64,000 bases of DNA from Fimbriosthenelais zetlandica (taxonomy: Eukaryota): assembly GCA_977030845.1 (NCBI GenBank), contig OZ365110.1:28086001-28150000 (forward strand), read 5' to 3'. A program made the position numbers and the translations under genes. The stretch's first letter is position 1, and each line of letters starts with the position of its first letter. Of this stretch, positions 1-11,900 are shown piece after piece. The notes under the pieces are model-generated. The model saw only the letters and a program-made list of their open reading frames with translations, was not told the origin of the DNA and did no database searches.

Positions 1-156
1 ATGTAATTGGAATATTATACCGAGTACGGTAACCCTATTTTAAATTCCAGATTTTACCGGTTTTCTCCAGATTAATTGTAACTTTAAGGATATATGCCGC
101 TGCCTTAAACATGCACGATTTTGAGCGTCAGACATTGGGAACTAGACGAGATACAT

Positions 157-2214
157 TTAATAGGCCCTAAGAAAACTGATGAGGATAAATATCGGTAGGA
201 GTGTCAAATAAAAGACGTTGGTCATTTTACACGAACAGCTTTGTAAAGTAACAAGAGGTTTTAGCTTCTTCAAGTTTTCGATATTATAAAGGGCCCCGGG
301 ATGGCAATCACCAACAGGCATCCAATAGCTGGTCAATTTTTCTTCCATAACCATCCAACATAGATATTGTTTGTTTAGTAGTTTAGCATCCCCTATACTT
401 TTAGTTATTAAGAACTCTCCATATTTGACATACTTTCCTTGGACAATAGCCATGCACTCATATGTGGCGATCTTTCCCTCTGTAGCTATCTTTTGTCCCT
501 TTTTATGCCCTGAACAGTTATCGATGGTTACATCAAATCTGGTGTCATTTTCCCATGGATGAATTTTCACTTGGCATTTTGCCCCATCCTCAAGAGTCAG
601 GGAGGTCAATGATACCAACTTATGAGCACAGGTGGAATCAGAGGTGATGGGTGGTTGCCTGACCAAAATGTCCCACGCCTCTTCTGCATGATGATATAGA
701 TTTTGCACAGGTTTAAAATGTTTAGTGTGGAAGAACATCATGCCACAGAGAATACTAAATTCTTCTTTCATATCACGATTATCAACAGGGAATTGAAACG
801 AATGTGTGTTAGTCCATTGGCTAATTTTGTAAAGGAATATAGAAGGGTTGATTTCTTTTATTGCCATTACTGCCAAATGTGAACCACAACCCATGTCCGT
901 TCCCTTTCTCAGAAGGAGGTATGTTGTAATATTGCTAAAACTGCCAAACTCATAGTTAAATTGACACAGATCCTCCCCAAGAATATTAAAGTCTCCCATC
1001 TGTGGAATTTGCAGCAATCTCTCATTGAAGATAATCGTCTCCTTTCCGCGCACGAGCGACTCTCTAAAGAACGTGCCTTGGTACTGCTCATCTATGCTCG
1101 ATCGATCCCACCATCTTTCAGTGGGACATGACTGACACCTTTCAGCGCATATGTATTCATTATCTCCCTTGCAGTTCTTCCTGGCCAGGGTTTTGCATTC
1201 GTCAGAGATATCAGAACAAATGCCAATGTCTTTTGTGTCCTCTCGCCTCCTTACTCGGTACTTCACATAGCCTTGTTGTAAATGGAAATCTTCTGTATAG
1301 TCACAAATGCTATTGTTGAAAAGTAAAATAATGTTGTCTTCCGGAAACCCATCTTCTCCCTGGAATTTAGCGCAGTGGAATACACCTTTATTGATATCAT
1401 TAGGGTGTGACAAAAGCATGTATGTATATCCAACCTCCTTCCAACTTGCCAGGCAGTAGAGACTCATAGGAAGATAGTCGCAAGTCTTATTTTTTCTATG
1501 CATTTCTATAGGAAAGGTCATGCCTTCTCCTGGCTCACATTCATTCTCTATAACCATGAAAGAAACTTCGCCCTGGGTATATTTCCCTGAACATTCATCT
1601 TGTGACCTGGTGGAGAACATGCTTACAACTTCATAACCACCCTTTAAAGGACACACAAGATAGGGCTTACCCTGCAGAAATTCCTCTAAATTTTGATAAT
1701 GCCCAAATGCTGTCTCAAAATAAGCTAGAGGTGATGGCGACGTGAAAAGAGTTGTGTAACAAAGTTTATCGTTGAATGAGATTGTTTCAGATGATTTGGC
1801 GAAGGTTAAGATGATATCGGATCTCTTTGTGAACTTGAAGCATTGGAAGGTAGTTTTCTGTCCTTTAGATTTATTAACCATTACATATTCCTCTCCTCCA
1901 ATCTTGTAATTGGAATGGCAGTGGAGAAAATATTCATTTATGGCATCATAAGACGTGTCATAAGCAGCGCCACTGGGAAACGCTTCCCCCTTTTGCTTGT
2001 CAAACTCCTGGATTTGTATGCTTTTCTTGTCATCAAGCATTGTCCATATTTCCTTAACATACTTCATATTATTTTCATCCTCGAAGACGGGTGAATTTTG
2101 CCAGGCGTTTTTCCCAATGTACATGATACTCGGAAAATGACAGCTTTCTTTATCTCTCACAGCATTAGCCTGGACTGAGGCAAAGGTCAGCGCAATCAGG
2201 ATATGCCTCAGCAT
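157..2214 (-). CDS. Intronless-CDS 685-aa secreted or GPI/membrane-anchored Cys-rich modular protein. Four beta-rich repeats resemble the DUF7042/7043/7044-type invertebrate family, plus a central ShKT-like module.
   Basis: 2058-nt ORF in AT-rich DNA. N-terminal signal peptide (MLRHILIALTFASVQANA). Recurrent motifs C-x-FP..W, FQCFKF..RS, CPLKGGY, YCLASWKE..Y, YECMAI, YLCW. Hydrophobic C-terminus (SCSCKMTNVFYLTLLPIFILISFLRAY). Splice acceptor tttttttttcag 14 nt upstream of the ATG. The DUF assignment is from memory of motif patterns, not a search. Confidence 0.85.
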   Translation of the reverse strand: MLRHILIALTFASVQANAVRDKESCHFPSIMYIGKNAWQNSPVFEDENNMKYVKEIWTMLDDKKSIQIQEFDKQKGEAFPSGAAYDTSYDAINEYFLHCHSNYKIGGEEYVMVNKSKGQKTTFQCFKFTKRSDIILTFAKSSETISFNDKLCYTTLFTSPSPLAYFETAFGHYQNLEEFLQGKPYLVCPLKGGYEVVSMFSTRSQDECSGKYTQGEVSFMVIENECEPGEGMTFPIEMHRKNKTCDYLPMSLYCLASWKEVGYTYMLLSHPNDINKGVFHCAKFQGEDGFPEDNIILLFNNSICDYTEDFHLQQGYVKYRVRRREDTKDIGICSDISDECKTLARKNCKGDNEYICAERCQSCPTERWWDRSSIDEQYQGTFFRESLVRGKETIIFNERLLQIPQMGDFNILGEDLCQFNYEFGSFSNITTYLLLRKGTDMGCGSHLAVMAIKEINPSIFLYKISQWTNTHSFQFPVDNRDMKEEFSILCGMMFFHTKHFKPVQNLYHHAEEAWDILVRQPPITSDSTCAHKLVSLTSLTLEDGAKCQVKIHPWENDTRFDVTIDNCSGHKKGQKIATEGKIATYECMAIVQGKYVKYGEFLITKSIGDAKLLNKQYLCWMVMEEKLTSYWMPVGDCHPGALYNIENLKKLKPLVTLQSCSCKMTNVFYLTLLPIFILISFLRAY
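1126..1218 (-). other. ShKT-like six-cysteine module (aa 333-363 of the 685-aa protein)
   Basis: CSDISDECKTLARKNCKGDNEYICAERCQSC gives C-x-D-x4-C-x7-C-x7-C-x3-C-x2-C, matching the ShKT pattern (CxD start, Cx3Cx2C end). Confidence 0.7.
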
Positions 2215-2228
2215 GTTTCTGTCTTTGT

Positions 2229-2911
2229 CTGAAAAAAAAATGGTTTAAAAATACCAGAATGGGTGAACGCCACAAATTATTATGCAAAATTCTCATGGAG
2301 ATTCTATTAGACCAAGCTTGCTTATAAGCCACCAGCTCATATATTGCATGGGCATTGAGCAGTGAGCAGCTCGATCACTGGTCTAGAGTACCCTCAGCAG
2401 CCTGTAGATGACTCTGTTACTGGCAGACATGATCATGGCTGTGACTCAGACTGTCAACTTGTCACAATTAACGTTACTGCATGACCCTGCATGTATTTAG
2501 GTCAGCTGGATGCGCTCTATTTTTACTGTTTTCAGATACCAAATGGTATGTGTGGTTATGAATCGATAGGTCATCTGAATAGGAGCCACTCCACTGATTA
2601 GCATGAATCATATGCCTACCATTGAATGGCCCCTCTATATAGGAGACCTTTTGTCAGGTGTTCCCGTTCTGAAATGATCATGTAGGAAATCATGTAAGAG
2701 AATCGTACTCCCACTTTTTGCTTATGTCCCTGTGTTGATGGAAAAATCAGTCTTCGGAAAAATATATAATTGTGGCTCGAATTAATTCTGGCTTTATGAA
2801 ATGACAAGTAAATCTTCCCCTTTTTATGCCCCACACATAGATGCTGGTCAGTAGGCCTACTAGAAAATGGATGATATAAATTGGAAGTATGAAATGTATC
2901 AAGGTACTTAC
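2229..2911 (-). other. Probable 5'-UTR intron of the 685-aa gene
   Basis: Donor AAGG|GTAAGT at 2912/2911 and poly-T acceptor ..tttcag| at 2229/2228 (both minus strand). There is no intron inside the CDS. Confidence 0.5.
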
Positions 2912-5900
2912 CCTTGATTTGATTGATCTGTCTTGTTGCCAGTACCGTAGCGGTTATTTTTTTTTCTATTTTACGGTGAGCCTATTTTGTAGGGGAATGA
3001 TCCTTGGCGTCAGGAGTAGTGAGTGCCGACCTTCTCGACCTGCTTCCATCTGCTCATAGACCGTCAAGCACACGGTCTATGATCTGCTCGAGGCTCCAAC
3101 AGCTGCAACTCTCACCTCCCCAAGCGTCTCAATAGTCATTGGCGCAGCCACCGGCAGTTTCAGGAACTGTCTGTACCTGCAGAAATACCCTATTCACAAG
3201 CTTTGAGATAGGCTGAGGATAGGGGGCGGTATAAAAGCCTAAAAGTCCAGGCTTGATGGCGCCCACCTTGAATCCACTCTTGTAATTCTATTAAATTAGA
3301 ACTGTTACACCTGACCAATAAGTCGAATTTCAATTCACGCGCATAAAATACATGTACTCTCCTTTCATTATCATATCATTAGGTTGTGGGGAAGGTCGTG
3401 CTGACCTGCTGGTATCCCCAATCTTACACAGCCTTGTAGAAAATAAGTTAAACCCAAATTACATGCTTAAATAATATTTTATTATACATATAATTCATTA
3501 CACATTAAATCCTTAAGAATCCATGTGGTACCCCGCCAAATAAAGAGTTCATGGTTATTTATTGCACAATCATGTCCTACAGGACTCACTGTCACGGGGA
3601 CCAGTTTTAAAATAACATAAAATATCCTTATATTGGAATAATCAGTGCTAACAAAAATAAAACATGCCCTATCTTACTGAATCAAGCTCTTATAATGCAA
3701 AATAATGGATTGAGTTCAGACCTCCGAACGAACAGGGACCTCCTCATAAAACATAATTCTCTTAAATTTTAAAGAGTTTCATCCCAGTCATTTCAGTTTG
3801 ATAGTGCTGAAACAACCAATTAAATAATGAACTAAAAGTCGCCACTTAAAAATATAAAATTCATAAACCAACTTCAGATTTTGGATATTATCCGTGATTG
3901 TCAATTATACACGTTTCAGGTTAAACACCATGATTCTCCCCAGCATTATTGTTGTAATTAACAGTCAACCAGGACATAAATTCAACAGGAAATTATTTTG
4001 ATTTCATCTCATGGATTGATGTGCAGTTATTGAATATATAAGCTTTTTTAAATTCGGAAATGATTCATCTTGGAAGGAGACAATACCCTAGGGAAATATT
4101 GTTTTTGTCTGAGACCTCAATTCATGAAGTCACAACATGGTATGGAGACAGGGTTGGTGGCTATGGCATTCTTTACACATGAAAGCATTACAAAACATAG
4201 ACTAGCACGAATAGAGGAGTAATAAGTACACTTTTAATGACCTGTCTAAGTACACTTTATACTCATTAGTGGATGGCTGATGGATGCTTCCGTACTCTTC
4301 ATGTATTAGCTGCATTGAGAATCACTCTCAACATATGTGACTCAAAGAGAGATTTCACTTTAATGCCTTCAGGATTTTTCTCCAATTATAAATGATCATT
4401 TTGATTATACCAAACGCTACATTCAATTTAGGTAAAAATGTTTTGAAGGCACGCCCTAACATAATCTTCAGTAACTATTTATCACCTTTCTTTAGGGAAG
4501 AAATTTAAAGTCTACACATGCACCTTATAGACAATATTGATAAGGGATTACAAAAATACGTACGGTGAACAAATCAATGTAAGATAGGCTTCAACCTAAT
4601 GCTTTATATACAATCATGAAAATTACTATACAGACTGACCCAACTGAACGGGGATAGCATGAAATGAACCCTACAGTGACTCGGTTACAAAATGAAAGAA
4701 AAATATTTACAAATTTCGAGATTATTTACAATACATAATCTACATTACATATATAGGTGAGTACTGACGACCGACATCTGGATTTCCATTAATTGAATAA
4801 AACTAGGCAAAGGCAACTTCTTGACGACATTAAAGAACTAAAAGTTTTTGCGTATCGACAAAAATCATGAGGTTTAGCAGAGCATGAGACTAATTGATAC
4901 AGAGCTACATCGACACAACATACATGCAAATATGCCAAGGTTAAAGATGTCGAAGCATTTTAAGAGATTCAGAAACACATACACCTCAGACACATTCATG
5001 GAGAACAGGCTTAAAAATCTCACGATTCTTGGATACCAAAACGATACCATCTAAGACAATATCAGAATGTCTTCATGGCTTCTTATCACCCAATAGATTG
5101 TTTCCCAATTTTACTAAATCAGTCATCTCCATCTAAAATACATAAAATAATTAAGAGAGTGGTCAGCTGGGTGTTTTTCTTATCAAATATTTTGCATTTA
5201 CTATTCATATTGTGGTCAGATCTGATCACACAATATTCCAGGCTCAGAGACAAACGAAAGCTGGTCCTAAGTATCCTCGTTCCATTTCGTTAAGGCAGCT
5301 CAGCTTTTATTGTACTGTGGCAATGATATGGCCCTAAATGGGGTAAAAAGGGGGGACTTTCATTCCTGAATTTCAAATCTCTGTGACCATACGCCATTTA
5401 GTTTGCATCCTATGAAAACCCCAATCCTCAGTGAAAAACCCACATATTTTTTAAAAGCCTAAAAAAATGATAAAGATATGCAGTGGAATTTATGGTTCTT
5501 ACTTCCATGGACGTCCAAGAATTCATGAACCATAAGGCTCCCATGGAATGAACAATTTCCAAGGCAATGAATTATAAGAAATTCATTAGGTGAAATTTTA
5601 ATATAAAACATCAACATTTATATGGTCTCACTGAGATAGGTTTCCTGAAAGGATATTCAAATATAGACCCATGAAATGCTTCTTGTAAATCTTCCCAACA
5701 TTTCTGATACTTTAAAATTCCCTTGAGTTTTCAGTAGATAAAGTGGAATCGTACAACTGCCATTCTCTTCCAATTCATGGCAATAACTCTGACCCGCTTT
5801 CCACCAAGATTATTATGCCTTCAAATAAGAAACACTTCTTATCCTGTCCAAACATTCTGTTATTTTTAAAATAACACAGTCTCATAGCCAGTTTGATCGT

Positions 5901-5964
5901 CGGCTCTATTGGTAATAATAAAAGTCCTCGTAGTTTTTGACTTTGCAGATTGAACTGACTCCTC

Positions 5965-8900
5965 TCACACATACTCCGGTTCTCTATCACTTTCTGACTG
6001 TTTCAAGCGGGGTGAATCTGACCTGGTCATGGGAGGAGGAGACACACTGTCCACCACTCCCAAAGCCAAGGCACCAACTGCTGACTGAGGTTTGATCGGC
6101 TGGATAACGTTAGGAGCATAAAACGTTGACAAGGATTGAGGTGGTGGAGGCTGGCCTGGCTCACTATCACCTCCAGTCACTGGGCTTCTCCTCACTGGAA
6201 GATCCGGTGAGCTGGAATCAGGAGGACTGCCTCGGACAGCCTTCCTCCTTACAGGAGGAGAGTAGGGTCTAGGCATGGAGAGGGGAACCGAGGGTTTGCT
6301 TTTATCATCATCTGATCCTCCACCTGTGGATATTGAGGATGAGGAGTGTGCTCGATTCAACACTTCAGTCATTAGAAGTTTCCTTCGGAGGCCAGGAGAA
6401 CTGGAGTATTGGGGTGTACCAGTCAAGGACGAAGTCGGTGTCGATGCAACTAAAAGTAAAATCATCACGTCAGTCAACTCCCGAGAAATATTAAAAAGAA
6501 AATTTCAGGAAGATATTCAGGACATGTATGGAGTTATGATGGAAATGGAAGGAAAAACGACTGAACTGTCTAAACTTGATCATAAGGGGGATTATAAATT
6601 CATAATTGATTCAGCTTTTAGTATGTGAATGGTTCTTGACTTATACTAATTTTGAAGGAAATTTGATAGCTTCAAGAAAAGAAACTTAATATGAAAAGGA
6701 AATAATATATAACTCAATAATATACAAAATATTCAATTTCTACATCTCAGTGATTTTAACAAATGAATTAGTAATAGTTCATCAGAAAAATCTATAGTGC
6801 TTTTCTTATATAGGGACATATGTGAACACATTGAAAGTAAGAAAAAACAGCTCCATAAGACAACACATACGCATAACCATTTACAGTAGGTAATTATAAA
6901 ATATAATGCTTCATTAAACACATGCAAACCGAACCCCAACGGACACCGAAAGAACAGAGCCGAGATCACCCCTTTTCTCACACCTGTCAACAAGAGGCAA
7001 GCCACAAAACTTTAGCCTTTGCTAAAACACCGGAGAAATCACTGATAGATATAAACCCCTATATTAGGGATACATATTAGTCGGTTACAAGAACCTTTGA
7101 ACCATTTTATGATCTGTGCTGATCTTTTTATCCTGAACCATGTGCCATGGTTTGATGAATTATTGGAAAAAATCTGTTAATTAGGATAACACACAGTATG
7201 GACGTCTATTTATAATAGATGGTACGCTTTTGAAACTATTTGTCCAGCTCGATTTTTATGAAAATATTTAATATTTAAGAGGGAGTAGACTTTAATGAAA
7301 CTCATCAAAGTATGAAACGTTGATTAAATGACAAGAAAGAGAAGAAAGAAAGCAGCAGAACATCCATCTAGCTAATAATTAGTGACAACATTTTGATACA
7401 AAAGCTCTGAAACGAAAATAAAGTGATGGCTAATGTGGCATGAAGTAAAAGTATTTTGCTGAAAAATAAAACGGTTTCTGACCACATCGATATCCATTGT
7501 ATATTTTCTTAAATCTGTGTGGACTGTTCTAAAACAGACCCTAGACACCAGATATTAATGATTAGACTTTACATGCCATAATCCATGCTTTTGAATTGAC
7601 GGTTCATGTAAATGAAAGTGGACGATGTTGTTGTGGGAAAATTCAGAAGATCACAAATTGCTATTTACAATTGACAGTGCCTGAATAATTTGGGAATATT
7701 TAGTTGAGAATGAGACAGTCAATAGCCAAGAGCATGAATCATTGAACTTGGCCTTGAAACGAAAACAAATAATATACAAAAGTAAGGAACACGTGTGCTC
7801 GGATAGAATTAATGGTAAGGGCCAAAGTAGGGAAAGGTTATCAAGGTGTTATTTAAAAGTACCATAAATAATTTGGAAATGTTGGAGATCTATATTCAGT
7901 ACACATACCTGGTTTGGAATGAGAAGTAATTGAACTACTAGACAACAGATTCTGTGAAGGGTTAGTTAAACGATTGGTAAAGGAAGGGCCGAGAGCAGGG
8001 GTGCCGGTGAGGGAGGTGAGGGGTGGCGTCCCATTGAGAACGTGGACAGTAAATGGGCAAGATGAGGAGAAGGGTTTGTTAGGGGAATCGTCCGGTAAGG
8101 GAAGGTCATCATCCGAAACCATGTCCGACTCAGGCCGGTCCTCCACATCTACAAACCGACAAAATGCAGCAAGATGCCAGACTGAGGTCTTAGGTATTTA
8201 AACATACAGGGAAAGACACACATTTTCCTTTGTGGGGTTAGGAATATTTCCACATTTTAGTTGGTTTAATACACATCTGATGTTTTCGCCGTGCCCTCAT
8301 TACTATTTGAAAAGAAAATCTCAATAAGCCATCCACAAACTGTGTAGGCCTGAATTGAATGAATCCCCAATAATTACCAGATGTTAGAGAAATATCTCAA
8401 GCCTATATCAAAGCAGTGTTTAGAGTCAAATAAAATGTAATTATAAAAGGTATTTTATCGTCTGAATACACTAATATTAAATTTGAGCAAAACTGCATAA
8501 GACGTTCTCCAAGTTAATCATAGAAATGTAGCACCAATCGTCAAATATCAATTATATTACAGTCAGTCATGCAAAGGTTCTTTTCTATGTGCGAATTATT
8601 ACATTGATTTTACTTAGTCGCTCCTTTAGAAACAGGTAGAAAATGTTATCCCTAGAAACAGATGTTGTTGGAAAATCATTACTCTAAGATGCATTAAAGA
8701 AGTAAACTGCAGAAGGAAAATGGCAAGTAAAAGATATTCATAGGACTTTGGTTGCAAGTCCCTTCCCTGACCAATATCTTATTATTGAACAATACAATTT
8801 GTACTTCTAGATCATGATCTCCATCCCATATCTCTCCGAAGGCTTAATCACTAATCAGAAGTGCAGTCACTTATTTAGGATAGAACACCGTATGAAAATT

Positions 8901-11900
8901 TCCAGGGAAGTTTTGTTCTCTACGTTGAAAAATGTGATAAATATGAATGTGAAAAATGTGCGGAATGTGATAAACAAATACCATTTGGATTTCAAAATTA
9001 ATGGAAACTGTTATCCCTTGTAAATTATTTTTCATTCTACTCTGGAATTATCGATATAACAAAATTCCCACCAAGGCATAAGGATTTCATACAATGATCA
9101 GAGTAGTCTACTATATGGGGTCAGGTAAGAACAAACGTAGTTCACAAATGTCCCAAGGATAATTTTCAAACCAACCAATCACGGTTCATCTTAGGAATGG
9201 GGTACATTCAGACGTATCTAGGTTCACAGCATGAACACTCAACAATAAAAGGAGGTGATATGATTTTAATCAGGAGGTCAGCATGCCCAATGATGATACA
9301 TCACTATCATATTGTTTCTCAGTATCACACCAGTTAAAGGGCCATGCTTCGTTTCAAGACTTACACCAAGCTGTTTTCACTGAGCTTGTTGTTCTTGGGC
9401 TGAAGAAATACAATTGACTATAAACTAACTTCTCGTTATTTCACCTTATTTCACCTCATGAAATATTAGGAAAAATAAATAATTTTCCAAAGTATTTTTT
9501 TTTAAATGTCCATTCTTTGAGCATAACCTTTTTTTTCTAATTTTAGTTCTAAATGAGTGTTTAAAAGAATGTGTGTTGCTGTACATAAAAAGTGAACCCA
9601 AAGCTGAATACACAGATTCCCAAATAAGGTATTTGTGAAATTGTCATATCAAATAATCCCCAAACCAGAATTTTATACTCAAGATTTTTACAGTACCAAG
9701 TGGCATGAAACATGTGATAAATAATTAAGTACTTACATTCAGTCGGCGGGGGAGCCAGTTCGGATTTGGGACTAGCCGACATTTCCTTTTCTTCTGTTTT
9801 TTCTAATCTTTCAGATTGTTCAACTCTCTCTGTTTTACCCACAGCCCCTGTAGACCCGGGAAGGGTGAACTCTTCTGACGACTGAAATTGATAAAATTAA
9901 CATATAAAATCATCGGTGGATGATGTTGGCATTTCCCTAAATGAAAAATGAAGGAGTATTATTAATTTACCTGTTTAAGGTCTTTGTCGATCTGCGCCGT
10001 TATCTCATCCAACAAACTCACATCACCTATCACCCTATTAAATAAATAATAAACATATTTTAAATAAGGTTTTTAAATAGCTTTAAATAAGTTTTCCCAA
10101 TCTAGGATTGCTTAAAAGCCGATGAATCTATTTAGTATACATAATGTAAGTTAAATTTAGCTTACCACTGCGCAGAAGACTCGCATTTCTCCTCCGGTTT
10201 CAAGCCATCCGGTGAGGTTTCTGAAGGAAAGGTTAATTTTATATTGATAAACATGGGATAAACATGATAGCAGCGTGACTGTAGACTGGTACAGTGAGAG
10301 GAGGTGGAGAGGTGGTCAGTTGGTAGAAGTGTATAAAGCCCATTCTACACTATACCGATTTATGATCTGATAAGATCAAAATCTGACATGCAAGATTTGC
10401 CCCCAAATCGCGTCTGATCTGATATGTCAGATCACATGCACACTGTACAGATCTATAAGGGTCAGATCTGGTCCAATCAAGGTTTGGTATAACTCAGATC
10501 TCCATCCACACTACACAGATCTTATAAGATCTGCTGATCTGTACACTTCTCACCACTAAAGATCGTCTCTGATCTTATGCGATCACTTTCGTTTTTTGAT
10601 AGTGATCTTAGTGGCCTTTATTTAATTCAGATCATGATGAGATCGTCCCGATTATGATCTTATCTTCATTCATTCTCATCTTTTGCAGATTTTTAATCTG
10701 ACTTCAATTTGATCTGATGAGATCGTTAAGATCATGAAATCGCACCCCAGATCGGTGTAGTGTAGAACGCGCTTTAGACTCACCTGTCTGTTCCGTTTTA
10801 GCACCTGACCCTTCATCTGTGAGCACCTCTACTGGCGTCTCTTTCTCTTTAGGTTTAGGTGGTGGGAGCAAGAGTGGACGAGGCTCAGGTGGTTTCTCAT
10901 CAGGGCCAAACACATACTGCAAAAGATAATCACAAGATTGTTTAAAACTAAGCTGAAATACATTTAATTCACGACTGGGTTAATTAAATTCCCGAAGCAT
11001 AAAATATAGATTATTTCTTACCTCGACATGAGTGATGAGTAGTTCCACTATTTTGGTCTGGTGGGGCGTGTCCATGAGAGAATTTAACGAGGTAGCACCT
11101 TCACTGAAAAAACAAAATCAAATATATCATTTATCTACTGATCAGCAGTGATCTCTCGGAGAAGAAAGGGTATATAGAGAAGAATGCATCGCAAACCTAC
11201 CTGGGTCGGAGGAGTGTAGGCCCAAACACTATCCCCAAGTTGCTGGCAGACATTTGATTCGTGTCCTCACATTCCGTGACACTAAAATAGACAATTTAAA
11301 TTATTCTGCATTGTTTTATTATATTCACAGATTTCATTAAGGAACTTCAATCCAAAAAAAGCTTCAAATACTAAGAATGTGTATAGAACGGTGGGAATGG
11401 AGTTAGAAATAACTTAGATGCATGGATCATCAATTCTCAATTTATAGAGGTAATACTTCACGAAAACTATGGTTACTCAATATGTAATTTTCCGATCAAA
11501 TAAGGCCTGGATGTTCTCACCGTCTCAGGTGGTGCATGAGGAGGGCCAGCGTCCTGAAGTTACTAGTTGGCAGTGAGGTAACCATACTATTAAGTCGCTG
11601 AACAAGCTTGATTTCATTAGAACTCTCCATCTGAGCATCCTCCTGTAAAAATATGTACAATGAAATTATTATTCTACCAATTGAAAAAAAAGAAAGAATC
11701 AATATCTGAAATTGGTATTTCCGATAGAAGAAGAATAAGAGGGAGGTATATTCAATTCAATTCAATGCTTTTATTCTGGCCATTTACGTCCATAAAAAAT
11801 ATATATACAATCACAGCAAACAATGTAAGAAAATAAAGAATGTGGGTGGAGAAATAAATATACATGTATGTAGGTGGTTATAATTCTCTGATATACCTTG

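Noticed and set aside
371-2094. Plus-strand ORFs 371-562, 1128-1319 and 1843-2094, and minus ORF 909-1091
   Set aside because: Antisense or alternate-frame shadows of the 685-aa CDS.
3219-3240. GC box plus TATAAAAG on the plus strand
   Set aside because: No plus-strand ORF or exon follows, and it is in the wrong orientation for the 685-aa gene. The motif alone is insufficient.
10714-10770. CTGATGA...GAAA resembling a hammerhead ribozyme core inside the GATC MITE
   Set aside because: Stem II has two extra bases before GAAA, and no stem III/NUH or stem I pairing could be built.
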